Virus record (IMG/VR): IMGVR_UViG_3300037751_000123
Span: 1 to 26,326 of that record
DNA length: 26,326 nucleotides
Origin: a virus
Taxonomy: Duplodnaviria > Caudoviricetes
Strand: one strand, 5' to 3'
Both the position numbers and the translations under genes were made by a program. Of this stretch, positions 6,806 through 15,659 are shown piece after piece. The notes beneath the pieces are model-generated. The model was not told the DNA's origin. It saw only the letters and a program-made list of their open reading frames with translations, and ran no database searches. Every line of letters begins with the position of its first letter. The stretch's first letter is position 1.

Positions 6806-7518
6806 CTTTCCATCATCCGTGTCATCAATCTTTTGAAGGCTTCTGCCATACATTGGGGGACTTGTCCGTTTCCAATGGCTTTAAGTCTGTCCACTTCTGA
6901 GGCCATCCCATTAACCACTCGACCCACGTCGGGTTCGGTGGACCACCAACCATTTCTGCTGGGGTGGGTAGTCTGTCGGCCCCTTCTAACCATTTTTTGC
7001 TTCGCTGACTCATAGATGCGGTTGGAGTCGATAGCCAACACCCACATTCTTTCGCGCTCATGTGGTGCCCCCACCTCCGCCGCTGATAGCACACCCCATT
7101 CCGCATCATACCCCATCTCGGCCAAGTCTCCGAGAACAACGGATAGACCACGTTGAGTGAGGAGCGGGCTGTTTTCCACAAATGCAAATGGGGGTCGTAC
7201 TTCGCCAATAATCCTGGCCATTTCTTTCCAGAGCCCTGAGCACTCTCCGCTGATTCCGGCACCTTTCCCGGCGGCGCTGATGTCTTGGCAAGGAAACCCG
7301 CCAGAAACCACGTCAACAATTTCCCGCCAAGGTCTGCCGTCAAAGGTGCAAACATCATCCCAAATTGGGAAGGGCGGGAGAAGGCCGTCATTTTGTCTGG
7401 CGGCAAGAACGCTTGCGGCATAGGGTTCCCATTCAACAGCACAGACAGTCTGCCATCCGAGCAACTGCCCGCCTTGTATTCCTCCACCAGCGCCCGCGAA
7501 TAAAGCCAGCTCATTCAT
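6802..7518 (-). CDS. C5-cytosine DNA methyltransferase, alpha-like chain
   Basis: Motif I LFAGAGG, IV GGFPCQDIS, VI FVENSP, VIII PHERERMW and X RLKAIGNGQVP; very short variable region and no motif IX. Confidence 0.92.
   Translation of the reverse strand: MNELALFAGAGGGIQGGQLLGWQTVCAVEWEPYAASVLAARQNDGLLPPFPIWDDVCTFDGRPWREIVDVVSGGFPCQDISAAGKGAGISGECSGLWKEMARIIGEVRPPFAFVENSPLLTQRGLSVVLGDLAEMGYDAEWGVLSAAEVGAPHERERMWVLAIDSNRIYESAKQKMVRRGRQTTHPSRNGWWSTEPDVGRVVNGMASEVDRLKAIGNGQVPQCMAEAFKRLMTRMMER
6825..7514 (-). CDS. Nested alternative-frame ORF, probable methyltransferase beta subunit carrying motif IX
   Basis: 229 codons open in a second frame; ATG lies 4 nt after the alpha ATG (ATGAATGAGC); C-terminal GGPPNPTWVEWLMGWPQKWT resembles motif IX (L.P.E.E.LMGFP..WT). 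Confidence 0.7.
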   Translation of the reverse strand: MSWLYSRALVEEYKAGSCSDGRLSVLLNGNPMPQAFLPPDKMTAFSRPSQFGMMFAPLTADLGGKLLTWFLAGFLAKTSAPPGKVPESAESAQGSGKKWPGLLAKYDPHLHLWKTARSSLNVVYPLFSETWPRWGMMRNGVCYQRRRWGHHMSAKECGCWLSTPTASMSQRSKKWLEGADRLPTPAEMVGGPPNPTWVEWLMGWPQKWTDLKPLETDKSPNVWQKPSKD

Positions 7519-7527
7519 TTATCCCCC

Positions 7528-8568
7528 TCACTTGACTTCCAACGCCACGACGTGGGTGAAATTCGCGGTGGTGAACTTGATGCGATCCACGCTGATCTCC
7601 GCATCTTTTGAGACGCTGAAAATCGCCTGGAGGTGGGCGGGATGCACGGAGAACTTGACGCCGTCGCTCCCCAGCCACTTCGTCCGGCAGCTCTCCTCGT
7701 ACCAGCCATAGTCACCTTCACCCCGCACCGTCATCAACCCCTTGTCGGTGATCTCGACGCCCACCAAGTTGTCGCCGGATGTGGCTCCGCTCAAGAACAC
7801 CCCGGCGCGATCCAGCATCTCGGCCAGCGCCACCGGGAACTCCAGCTCACCGATCTTCTCGATGTCCAGATGCGCGGTAAGGTCTGGGTAGTCACCGGCA
7901 GAGGTACGGCAAGAAAACACGACGTCGTTGGCGTCGATGAAATGCGCCCAGCCGCCGTCCACATCGAAATCCGTGGGGGCGAACCGGACCAGGGCAGTGA
8001 CAGCATCAATGGGAAGCAACAACCCTTCCTTGCCGAAATCCCCGCCCTTCCCCCAATCCCACCGGGTGATCTTGTTGTTGTCCGTGGACTCCGCGAAGTC
8101 ATCGGTGATATGGACGGTGGTCAGGATCGGGTAGGTGAGGTCGCGGGCGACCGACGGCATGCAAGCTTTCAGCCCGTCGATGAAATCCTTGGGCAGCGGC
8201 GTCCAAGACTCCGGTATCTTGATTTCATCCACCGGCAGTGTGATTTCGGCGGAGAGCTTGATGCCGGCCTTGCTCTTGCCGCACCGCAGCTTCAACTCGT
8301 TGCCCCCGGCCTCCAGCTCCACTTCGTCGCCGCTGAACTTGGCAAGGATGGCGAGTAGTTCCTTTGCGGGTACGGCGCCGGAGACCTCGAAGCCATCCGC
8401 CAGCGGGGCGTGGACAGCGATCTCATCGTTGAAGGTGATGACTTGGCCACCTATGAAAACGAAGTAGGTTGATTGTTCTATAATTTCGCGGGCGGCAAGC
8501 CCCGGCTTCACCGCATTGAGTTGTTTCAGCAGTGCGTCACGATTGATTTTCAATTCTGTGCCCTCCAT
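7528..8568 (-). CDS. dnaN: DNA sliding clamp (DNA polymerase III beta-like)
   Basis: 346 aa; LKINRDALLKQLNAV start, GAVPAKELLAIL, ESTDNNKI, GDYPDL: divergent three-domain beta-clamp pattern; located near dnaX. Confidence 0.8.
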   Translation of the reverse strand: MEGTELKINRDALLKQLNAVKPGLAAREIIEQSTYFVFIGGQVITFNDEIAVHAPLADGFEVSGAVPAKELLAILAKFSGDEVELEAGGNELKLRCGKSKAGIKLSAEITLPVDEIKIPESWTPLPKDFIDGLKACMPSVARDLTYPILTTVHITDDFAESTDNNKITRWDWGKGGDFGKEGLLLPIDAVTALVRFAPTDFDVDGGWAHFIDANDVVFSCRTSAGDYPDLTAHLDIEKIGELEFPVALAEMLDRAGVFLSGATSGDNLVGVEITDKGLMTVRGEGDYGWYEESCRTKWLGSDGVKFSVHPAHLQAIFSVSKDAEISVDRIKFTTANFTHVVALEVK

Positions 8569-8861
8569 TTCGTGGTGTAGTCGGCGTCAACGGGATAGTT
8601 GACAGCATTGATTTCAATCTTCTCATGGGCGGCGGCAACAAGGTCGATGCCATTGTCATCCGCCAGATAGGTGAGGATGATAAAGACATCGGCAAGCTCC
8701 TCTTTCAGCCGCTGTTTATCCGGGGCCTTCCCCCACTCGAATAGCTCTGCAACCTCCCCGGCCTCAATCTGTAACTTGTGAGAGAGTGCCAGCCCGGAAT
8801 GGAATTGTTTCCAATTCCTGGCGTCCCGGAAATTCAATAGGGCTTCAATCAATCGTTGCAT
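8550..8861 (-). CDS. MazG-like nucleotide pyrophosphohydrolase
   Basis: FRDARNWKQFHS, EAGEVAELFEW, EELADV, KIEINAVNYP. Confidence 0.88.
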   Translation of the reverse strand: MQRLIEALLNFRDARNWKQFHSGLALSHKLQIEAGEVAELFEWGKAPDKQRLKEELADVFIILTYLADDNGIDLVAAAHEKIEINAVNYPVDADYTTKWRAQN

Positions 8862-10105
8862 GTTGTCCTCTTTCTAGGAACAGCCGTAGAAACGGCCTTC
8901 TTTTCTTTCTTCAGCTTCAAGTATTTGCCGTAGGCTTCACTTTTTGGTTGAGTCAGGCCCAGCCCCTTGCACCACCAGTCATTTCTGAGCAACACTTTAC
9001 ACAACCGCCGCCAGCTTGGTGCCCAGTACTGATCTTCAAGAATTTTAGGGGCTTCATCTGGGATACCATCAACATATCCGCGCCTCTTCCACCCGCGAAT
9101 AAACCCCGTGAATCGCTCGATGTAATGTTCCCTTGTCACCTGAGGCATTGTGGACAAAAGGAGGTTGCAGAAGCTCTTCCAAGTGTGTCCCTCAGGCTTG
9201 ATAATTTTGTTGTAACCGTTGATGTTCCCGGTCTCATTGATGTACAGAGTGCCGCTGTTCACCCCATTTACACGGGCCACAACTTTATACCATGTCTCCG
9301 GCTCCAAGATGTGGTACAACCACAGCCCCCGGCGCTGATCGTCGCCATAGGGTTGACATAGGCGCTGTTGGCTAGGCTTTACCCCAGCCTGGTGCATTAG
9401 ATCGTAAATCTTGTTGTGCTCACGATCCGGGAATTTTGCATGATACGTCCAGATATCCGCAGTCTTCCAGTCATAGATTGGGTACACATTGAAGACCCCA
9501 TCAACAACTTTTGTTGTCCAACGTTTATCTTGAAACGTCTCTTTGTCGTTTATTGCTATTGTTCTGAAACGGTTTAGACTCTCATCGGCCCTGATTCCAA
9601 TAAAAGCGGCGGTATCTTTCCCACCACTGAACCACTCCGCAAATAAGATAATGAACTCCTCAAACTCCATGCGGGGCTGAAAGAACGGAAAGAAATCAAT
9701 GTCTTTTATCACGTTGTCGTGCTTTGGAAAGGGACGGACCCAATCAAGTTCCCGTTCTTTATCCCAGCAGGTCCAAGATGGCTCAAAATTACTGACGGCA
9801 TTTCGCAGGGCAATTGGGAGGCATATCCAGTAGACATCCACGTTGTCGGCGTACCGCCTGAACATCTCCGAGGCATGTTCGGATGTGTGCTGATATTGCG
9901 CCTCAAAATCAATAAGCATCACAGCAACTTTCCGCCCTCGTTTTATCGCCTCATCCATTACAAGATGGAACATGACGGAGCTGTCTTTACCTCCTGAGAA
10001 ACTGATAAAGATCTTCTCGAAGTTATCAAATGTAAAGGCAACCCGCTCCCGCGCTGCCGTCAGAACATCAATACCAATGTAATTTTTTGTTTTCATAGGA
10101 TTCAA
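8849..10105 (-). CDS. ibrA: IbrA/YbdN-like PAPS reductase family (PP-loop) protein
   Basis: SFSGGKDS PP-loop, GIRADESLNR, YPIYDW, QRLCQPYGDDQRRGL, C-terminal PSWRRLCKVLLRND. Start may be ATG 10096. Confidence 0.88.
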   Translation of the reverse strand: MNPMKTKNYIGIDVLTAARERVAFTFDNFEKIFISFSGGKDSSVMFHLVMDEAIKRGRKVAVMLIDFEAQYQHTSEHASEMFRRYADNVDVYWICLPIALRNAVSNFEPSWTCWDKERELDWVRPFPKHDNVIKDIDFFPFFQPRMEFEEFIILFAEWFSGGKDTAAFIGIRADESLNRFRTIAINDKETFQDKRWTTKVVDGVFNVYPIYDWKTADIWTYHAKFPDREHNKIYDLMHQAGVKPSQQRLCQPYGDDQRRGLWLYHILEPETWYKVVARVNGVNSGTLYINETGNINGYNKIIKPEGHTWKSFCNLLLSTMPQVTREHYIERFTGFIRGWKRRGYVDGIPDEAPKILEDQYWAPSWRRLCKVLLRNDWWCKGLGLTQPKSEAYGKYLKLKKEKKAVSTAVPRKRTTCND

Positions 10106-10524
10106 TAAATATTGGCTTCTGTTTTTGACTGCACGTCTTCCATTGCCAATGTGGGGTGGCCATTCCGTTTAAACCAGACATTCATATATTTTAACGCCAT
10201 AGCATCAGCAGCCCCCTTCTGTTCCTCGGTGAGCAGATTATAGCCGCCTCTAAAACAGGCCGGGATTCCATTGTGGATGCAAACAGAGGCTTGGCCAAGC
10301 CAGGCGATACGGTTCATATTTGGATTGGTTAAGTAGTGCTCGCAAGAACAACGCCATTCAGAAATCACCCGTTTCAATGCGGATTCAAATAGTGACAAGT
10401 CGATAAGAAAATCACGGTAGAATTCTTCCGCCTCAGTTGTCGTCATGCCACCTGGTGGACGCTTCCCGTAGAACCCGGCGGGGAAACATTCCCACTTGTC
10501 CCATGTGTGGTAAATCCGTTCCAT
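10102..10524 (-). CDS. Hypothetical protein between ibrB and ibrA
   Basis: MERIYHTWDKWECFPAGFY...SCEHYLTNPNMNRIAWLGQA; overlaps both neighbours; purine-rich RBS. Confidence 0.75.
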   Translation of the reverse strand: MERIYHTWDKWECFPAGFYGKRPPGGMTTTEAEEFYRDFLIDLSLFESALKRVISEWRCSCEHYLTNPNMNRIAWLGQASVCIHNGIPACFRGGYNLLTEEQKGAADAMALKYMNVWFKRNGHPTLAMEDVQSKTEANIY

Positions 10525-11216
10525 CACACATCCCCCTCTTCAAGGATGCTGAAATCATCCTCGTTGAATATCTCGGCATCCCAGGCTTCACTGAAATCAT
10601 TGTCGGCGAAAACCTCAACCAAACCGGAGACCTGACAGAGCCGCAAGACCTCATCGGGATCCATGCCCAACTCTTTGCAGATACGATTGTCAGACCAATT
10701 CCGCTTTTTAAGCTCGATGACGATGTCAGACATGGAGTCAATTTTATGTTTGCCCCTGGCCCGATTATGCCGAATCGTAGAAGCAATTCGATCATTCCGG
10801 TTTTCCCTATCCTGTTTTATAAAAACAACAGGCAGATAACCGTGCAGCCGCATCTTTACCTTAGCGCTTTCCTTACCGACTCGATTTCGATGAAAACCAT
10901 CAATTACTTCGATGTGATCTTCATGAGGCCATGTTACAATTGGCTGGGTATAGCCATCAGAAAGGATGGAGTGCTCAAGTAACTCCATTTCAGGCGGCGC
11001 CACTGCATTCGGGTTGTAATCGTTGGCTTGCACCCGATCATTGATGACCCATTGAACACAATCAATAGGCTCATCTTTAAACGGTGAGGTCTCAGATAAC
11101 ACCAAACGGACTTTATTCAAGACATCAACTTGATCGTTGATGTGCAACGTCCTTAATTTATCAGTCAATTCGGTTGCAACATCAATTATTGACTGCTTGT
11201 ATTCAGCTTTATTCAC
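10524..11216 (-). CDS. ibrB: IbrB/YbdM-like ParB/Srx-domain protein
   Basis: ANDYNPNAVAPPEMELL, DGYTQPIV, IDGFHR, STIRHNRARGKH and a C-terminal HTH (ICKELGMDPDEVLRL). Confidence 0.9.
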   Translation of the reverse strand: MNKAEYKQSIIDVATELTDKLRTLHINDQVDVLNKVRLVLSETSPFKDEPIDCVQWVINDRVQANDYNPNAVAPPEMELLEHSILSDGYTQPIVTWPHEDHIEVIDGFHRNRVGKESAKVKMRLHGYLPVVFIKQDRENRNDRIASTIRHNRARGKHKIDSMSDIVIELKKRNWSDNRICKELGMDPDEVLRLCQVSGLVEVFADNDFSEAWDAEIFNEDDFSILEEGDV

Positions 11217-12132
11217 CGTAAAGCCCCTCTGCGTCTCTGTGTTGTCTGGGAGTGGTTACAATCCCGAAACCAGGCCGCTTATTCCTGATTTTATCGAGTT
11301 CAAAGTCAGCGAATGGTACCTTGTCCATGATTCCATTCTTGGACTTCAACCAATACGAACGGAACCGTTGCAACTCGTATTCAGTCCACCCCGCCTTAGT
11401 GTTGATGAATTCGTTTTTATGGGAGGCACCAAGCGGCTGATACCGCATCGGGTAGATTTCATTGGCGCCCATTTTACGCAGGCGCTCGGCGCGATACAGG
11501 GCGTCCGCCGGGGTATCCGTGAATCCGTACAGCATTAGCACTGAAATGCGCTTCAAGCCGTTCCTATGGGCCGTTTTGATGGCCTCCTGTAGATGGCCTT
11601 CCTTATCCGTGGAATCGAAGGCGAAGCGCACGTCATGCACCTTCAGCTCGGCTATTCTTGCCGCCCGCTCCTGCGTGAATAGCCGAGCCTCCAGCCCTTG
11701 ATTGAACTCCACGTATGGAAGCGGCTTCAACGCATCAACGACGCGATTAAAATGCCGTTTCGACGACGCCAGGAAGTTGTTGTCGCAGATGATGGGGCGC
11801 GGGATGAAGTTTGCGATCTCCCGAAACTCCCCCTCAATCTTGGGCACCGCGCAGAATGCACAGTTGTTGACGCATCCGCGTGTCGTGAACGTCGCCAATG
11901 GATTGTGGAAGGTGACGGGTTCGCACCAATCAATAGTCTTTTCAACTGGAGCGATCCCGGCCAATCGATCCTGGGCGAGGATAGCGCCGGGACCACCAAC
12001 CACCACCGGCTTCTTCTGCTTGCCGATGAATGCAATGGCCTCATCAATGAGCCAAGTAAATGGCACCGATAGATACACGGTGCCATTTACTTCCCATGAG
12101 GCAATGGTTTTACGCCATGGATTGATTGACAT
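11209..12132 (-). CDS. Radical SAM protein
   Basis: TTRGCVNNCAFCAVP (CxxxCxxC), DNNFLA, FNQGLEARL, RFAFD; short N-terminal VVVGGPG segment. Confidence 0.88.
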   Translation of the reverse strand: MSINPWRKTIASWEVNGTVYLSVPFTWLIDEAIAFIGKQKKPVVVGGPGAILAQDRLAGIAPVEKTIDWCEPVTFHNPLATFTTRGCVNNCAFCAVPKIEGEFREIANFIPRPIICDNNFLASSKRHFNRVVDALKPLPYVEFNQGLEARLFTQERAARIAELKVHDVRFAFDSTDKEGHLQEAIKTAHRNGLKRISVLMLYGFTDTPADALYRAERLRKMGANEIYPMRYQPLGASHKNEFINTKAGWTEYELQRFRSYWLKSKNGIMDKVPFADFELDKIRNKRPGFGIVTTPRQHRDAEGLYGE

Positions 12133-12810
12133 TTACTTGGTCCAGCGAAAGTTCTTGCCATCCTTGGCTACGACGCCGAGAATCTGGAGGGAGGGGACAA
12201 CGTAGCCAAACATGTAGTTGGCGACGTTCATGTTGTCGGTGCCGCCGTTCTTCATGAACAGTTTATTGGATTCCGCAACAATGGACTCCCTGGTGGTACC
12301 GGAGGACGCTTTCAGAGCGTCCAGGAGGGCATGGCTGCGGGTGTAGGTGTCTTCTTTTACTGCGGATTCCTTTTTGGCCGGTGCGGCTTCCTTCTCATGG
12401 ACTGGCGGCTGGCGCTTCTCACCAGTGGCCTTTTCCTTCTTCGCCGGGGCTTCCTTCTTGGCAGCAGCGGCTTTTTTCGCCAAAGTATCCTTCTGGACGG
12501 CAGCCTTTTCACGCTGGGTGGGGGTAAGTTTGGCCCATTCAATCTCGATGCCGATGGCGGCGAGCGTGGCCTTGCTGTCGTCGCTGAACTGATCCTTGCC
12601 GTCGATGTTTTCGGCGTCCGCCTTGATCTGCGCGGTGATCTCATCGGCGCTCATCTCGGAGAAATCGACCTCTTCGCCGGGGAACAATAACGTGTTCATT
12701 TCCTCGCCGAGTGTCAGCAACTCCTCCTGGGTGACGATGGGTTCCGCTGCCTTCTTCGGGGTGGCCTTGGGGGTTGCTTTCTTTGCTGCCGCTTCTTTCT
12801 TGGTTGCCAT
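12133..12810 (-). CDS. Lys/Ala-rich protein, possibly DNA-binding
   Basis: Strong GAGGAG RBS before ATG 12810 (MATKKEAAAKKATPKATPKK), directly downstream of promoter copy 2; in frame with the upstream ORF starting at 13104. Confidence 0.7.
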   Translation of the reverse strand: MATKKEAAAKKATPKATPKKAAEPIVTQEELLTLGEEMNTLLFPGEEVDFSEMSADEITAQIKADAENIDGKDQFSDDSKATLAAIGIEIEWAKLTPTQREKAAVQKDTLAKKAAAAKKEAPAKKEKATGEKRQPPVHEKEAAPAKKESAVKEDTYTRSHALLDALKASSGTTRESIVAESNKLFMKNGGTDNMNVANYMFGYVVPSLQILGVVAKDGKNFRWTK

Positions 12811-13104
12811 GGTGGTGCTCCTCTTGGTTTTTGTGACGGCGGAAACGCTGTCTGCGTTCTCAGTCCCGATGTTTTCCCGGCTTTGTATTATTATACCGGG
12901 AACTAGTGGTTTCGTTTTGGTGGAGGCTGCATTTTCTTTATTTGTGAGTACCGCTTCAAGCTGTTCCAACCGCTCAGCGTGTTTTGTAAGCTTTGAGAGT
13001 ATCGTGCAGCCCTCTTTATGGGATACCGGATCAACGGTCATATAGGTTTTCTTGCCAGTTTTAATTGACTTCACAACAACATGGTACAATTTAAGATTCT
13101 TCAT
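12811..13104 (-). CDS. Small early-type ORF lacking its own stop (reads in frame into 12810)
   Basis: ATGA overlap with the 13101-13283 ORF; MKNLKLYHVVVKSIKTGKKTYMT...; no stop before 12133. Confidence 0.45.
12890..12920 (-). promoter_or_regulatory. Phage-specific promoter motif, copy 2
   Basis: CCAAAACGAAACC-ACTAGTTC-CCGGTATAAT, about 80 nt upstream of ATG 12810. Confidence 0.75.
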
Positions 13105-13283
13105 TTGCTTGTCCTTGCCAGAATTTCAACATTTACTGGTTTGGAACTCGTTTTTACACACCCACATTGACGAGCCTGGCGCTGGATCTTTGCAACGGCT
13201 TGTTTGAGGGTGCAGGCGGTCGCTGTTCCTTCGAACGGGTAGGGGGTGGCGGGGAGTGTAATTTTGTAGGTTGTAAGAATCAT
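13101..13283 (-). CDS. Hypothetical protein (60 aa)
   Basis: GAGGAG RBS within a conserved leader; downstream of the AT-rich tract at ~13330-13395. Confidence 0.6.
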   Translation of the reverse strand: MILTTYKITLPATPYPFEGTATACTLKQAVAKIQRQARQCGCVKTSSKPVNVEILARTSK

Positions 13284-13324
13284 GATCAGCTCCTCTCGGT
13301 TTTATGATCTGGGCTTGATTGCCC
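13281..13324 (-). repeat. Conserved 5' leader, copy 1 (copy 2 at 24303-24349)
   Basis: GGGC..GCCC hairpin followed by GATCATAAAACC..AGAGGAGCTGATCATG at both loci. Confidence 0.7.
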
Positions 13325-13423
13325 CCTTAGAAATCAGCTTACTTTATTTTGATTGAGAATAAAACTAAAAAATTCAATAAAATTAAAAATAATTTGACTT
13401 CCCAACTCCGCCATGGATTGCCG

Positions 13424-14992
13424 TCAGAAATAGCTACCAAGCACAGGTTGCCCTGTCGCCAAAGATTGCAGCACCGTCACCGCCCGCGTCGTATCGAAAT
13501 CATCCTCCCGGAGGAACATCGTCCCGATCCGCATCACGCCCTTCTTCTTCTCCGCCGCCTCCTGATTCAAAGTGATGACCCCGGTGACATGGCTGTACTT
13601 CCGCTTATCTTCGCTGAAGTTGGACTCGTTGATCATCTTCTGGCTATAGGATGCCGCGTCTGCTTGGGTAGCAGTAACCACCAAGCAGTTTCGGGTTTGG
13701 CTAAGTTTCCGCAGCGCCTTCCAGGTTTCATTCTGCTGGTGCCTGAAATCCTTCCTGCCGTCCTCTGGCGCAAGAATGTCAGCGTAGTCGATCAAGATGA
13801 CATCCGGGACGAAGCCATCCTTTGCCTCCCAGAGCGCCAGCGCGTTGTCGATGCCCTGGACGTTGATGGAGGAGTTGGGGTAGCAGTCCAGATAGAATTG
13901 CCGCTCCCGCATCACCTTGTCTGCGAACTCCTTGCCAGCTTTCACGGCGTCCCGCCAATCCAGCGGCTCCACCGCCTTACGCTCCCGATGCCAACACGCG
14001 CCGACGAACTTGTTCTTCAAGACGCGATCCCTGGCGCAGTAGGCGCAGGGCGTCCAATCCGGGCGTTCCTTGTACTCTTGGAAGACCGTGTGTTTGGAGT
14101 CGCGCCCCGCTGTCTTCACTAGGTCGCCTTCTCCCTCCCGCTCCACGAGGTCGCAGCTTCCGTCTTGGTTGCGCACACAATCAACGACTGGGACTAGGAT
14201 GTCGCCGCAGTACTTCTTGCGGTGGCTGCGGTGGGTGTGCATGATGTGGTAGCGCACCGTCATCTGGGGTTTCGTCATGTCGCCGACCGCAAACCACGCC
14301 ACATTCACCCGCGCCATCGCTGCCCGTTTACTGAGATACATCATAATCCAGCTCTTGCCACGCTTCTCAGGCGCCATGATTGCCAGAAATCCATCCCGCA
14401 CAAAGAGATCATTGAGCGCCTCTCCCAGCGCACCAGGCAGGCGGAACAACGGTTCATTGGATTGTGTAAACGCCTCCTGGATGGCCTCCTCATTGGTGAA
14501 TGGGTTGATGTGCTGGCCGTTCTCCCGCGCTGGCGTCCGATACTGTGCCAGCGTCAACTCCGCCTGATCCACGTCCCGGTTGGCGAGGGCGTTGTTGATG
14601 TCTTCCTTGAGGATCTCCAGGGCACGCCGCCGGAAATACGTCTCTGTGGTCCGCGCCACATATTCGGTGCTGCGCTTCTCCCCGCGCTCGTATTCCTCGC
14701 TGAGTGACTCCAGGAACTGCCCGATGATATCAACTTGGTCGTCATCGAGTTCTCCCGCCCTCTCCTTGGCGTGGTACAGCTCCTCGATCTGCCTGCCCGG
14801 CGCCTCCTCGTATTGGTCCCAGTAGTCGAGGCACCACTGCGCCACGGTCTTTGCAAACGGTGCCTTGAAATACTCCAGTTTGGTGATTGGTCTGATCTGG
14901 CGGAGGAACTGGATGTCGATAATCATCCCAGTGACTGCTTGCCGTTCCTCGCCTGCTTTCTCCAGCTTGGTGATGCCTTTGACTCTCGACAT
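13424..14992 (-). CDS. dnaB: DnaB-like replicative helicase
   Basis: Walker A variant MAPEKRGKS, ILIDYADIL, VVTATQAD, FSEDKRK; helical N-terminal domain; Cys-rich insertion. Confidence 0.82.
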   Translation of the reverse strand: MSRVKGITKLEKAGEERQAVTGMIIDIQFLRQIRPITKLEYFKAPFAKTVAQWCLDYWDQYEEAPGRQIEELYHAKERAGELDDDQVDIIGQFLESLSEEYERGEKRSTEYVARTTETYFRRRALEILKEDINNALANRDVDQAELTLAQYRTPARENGQHINPFTNEEAIQEAFTQSNEPLFRLPGALGEALNDLFVRDGFLAIMAPEKRGKSWIMMYLSKRAAMARVNVAWFAVGDMTKPQMTVRYHIMHTHRSHRKKYCGDILVPVVDCVRNQDGSCDLVEREGEGDLVKTAGRDSKHTVFQEYKERPDWTPCAYCARDRVLKNKFVGACWHRERKAVEPLDWRDAVKAGKEFADKVMRERQFYLDCYPNSSINVQGIDNALALWEAKDGFVPDVILIDYADILAPEDGRKDFRHQQNETWKALRKLSQTRNCLVVTATQADAASYSQKMINESNFSEDKRKYSHVTGVITLNQEAAEKKKGVMRIGTMFLREDDFDTTRAVTVLQSLATGQPVLGSYF

Positions 14993-15004
14993 GCGGACCG
15001 CTCC

Positions 15005-15454
15005 TTATGATTGGCGGTCGTTTTCGTCGGGGTCAATAGGGTCTTTTGATGGAGCAAAAGGGCCAAGCCCTTTCTTATTGATATGTTCTTTCAATGATTC
15101 CAGATGCTTTTCGTGTCGCATCGCCACCCCTGCTTCATACCGTATTTCCACCAGCAACGCATAAAGCAAGATGTTGTAGTTGATGTCGTCGCCGATTTTC
15201 TCAAGCAGCTTATCGGATGCCGGGACACTAGCCCCACCCACCACATCCCGGCAGATATCCTCAATGGAAACCTCGTGCTTGAGCTTCATCCCAGTCAAGG
15301 CTTCGATGGGGTGAATGCCCCGTCGTCTCGCCGCCGCCTTAAAGTTATGGAGGCGGTCCCTACCTTTCCCGTATTCCGCCCCTTTCACCACAAGGGTTTG
15401 CCAGCAGTGGTCCGCAAGTTCTTTGGCGGCGTGTTCAAAATCTTTCTGGTCCAT
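15005..15454 (-). CDS. All-alpha nucleotide-modification-associated protein (DUF1599/MazG-fold-like)
   Basis: KGAEYG...DRLHNFK...MKLKH...EKIGDDINYNILL pattern; AAGGAGG upstream of ATG 15454. Confidence 0.55.
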   Translation of the reverse strand: MDQKDFEHAAKELADHCWQTLVVKGAEYGKGRDRLHNFKAAARRRGIHPIEALTGMKLKHEVSIEDICRDVVGGASVPASDKLLEKIGDDINYNILLYALLVEIRYEAGVAMRHEKHLESLKEHINKKGLGPFAPSKDPIDPDENDRQS

Positions 15455-15476
15455 ATCGAAATCATCCTCCTTGGTT

Positions 15477-15659
15477 TTATTTGACTTCCCCGCAAACCTC
15501 TTCCACAATCCGTTGATAACAATCGGCGCCCCTGCAAGTAGTTGCCCTATTCTCTACGACAACCACCTGCTCGATAGTAGTGCATCCCGGCGGCGCGTAG
15601 ACCTCAATCCCTGGGGAACTGCAAGCCGTCAGGAATATGAGGAGCAGGGCTGGTTTCAT
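15477..15659 (-). CDS. Small lipoprotein (60 aa)
   Basis: MKPALLLIFLTAC: signal peptide with LTAC lipobox; ATGA overlap with the upstream gene. Confidence 0.6.
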   Translation of the reverse strand: MKPALLLIFLTACSSPGIEVYAPPGCTTIEQVVVVENRATTCRGADCYQRIVEEVCGEVK

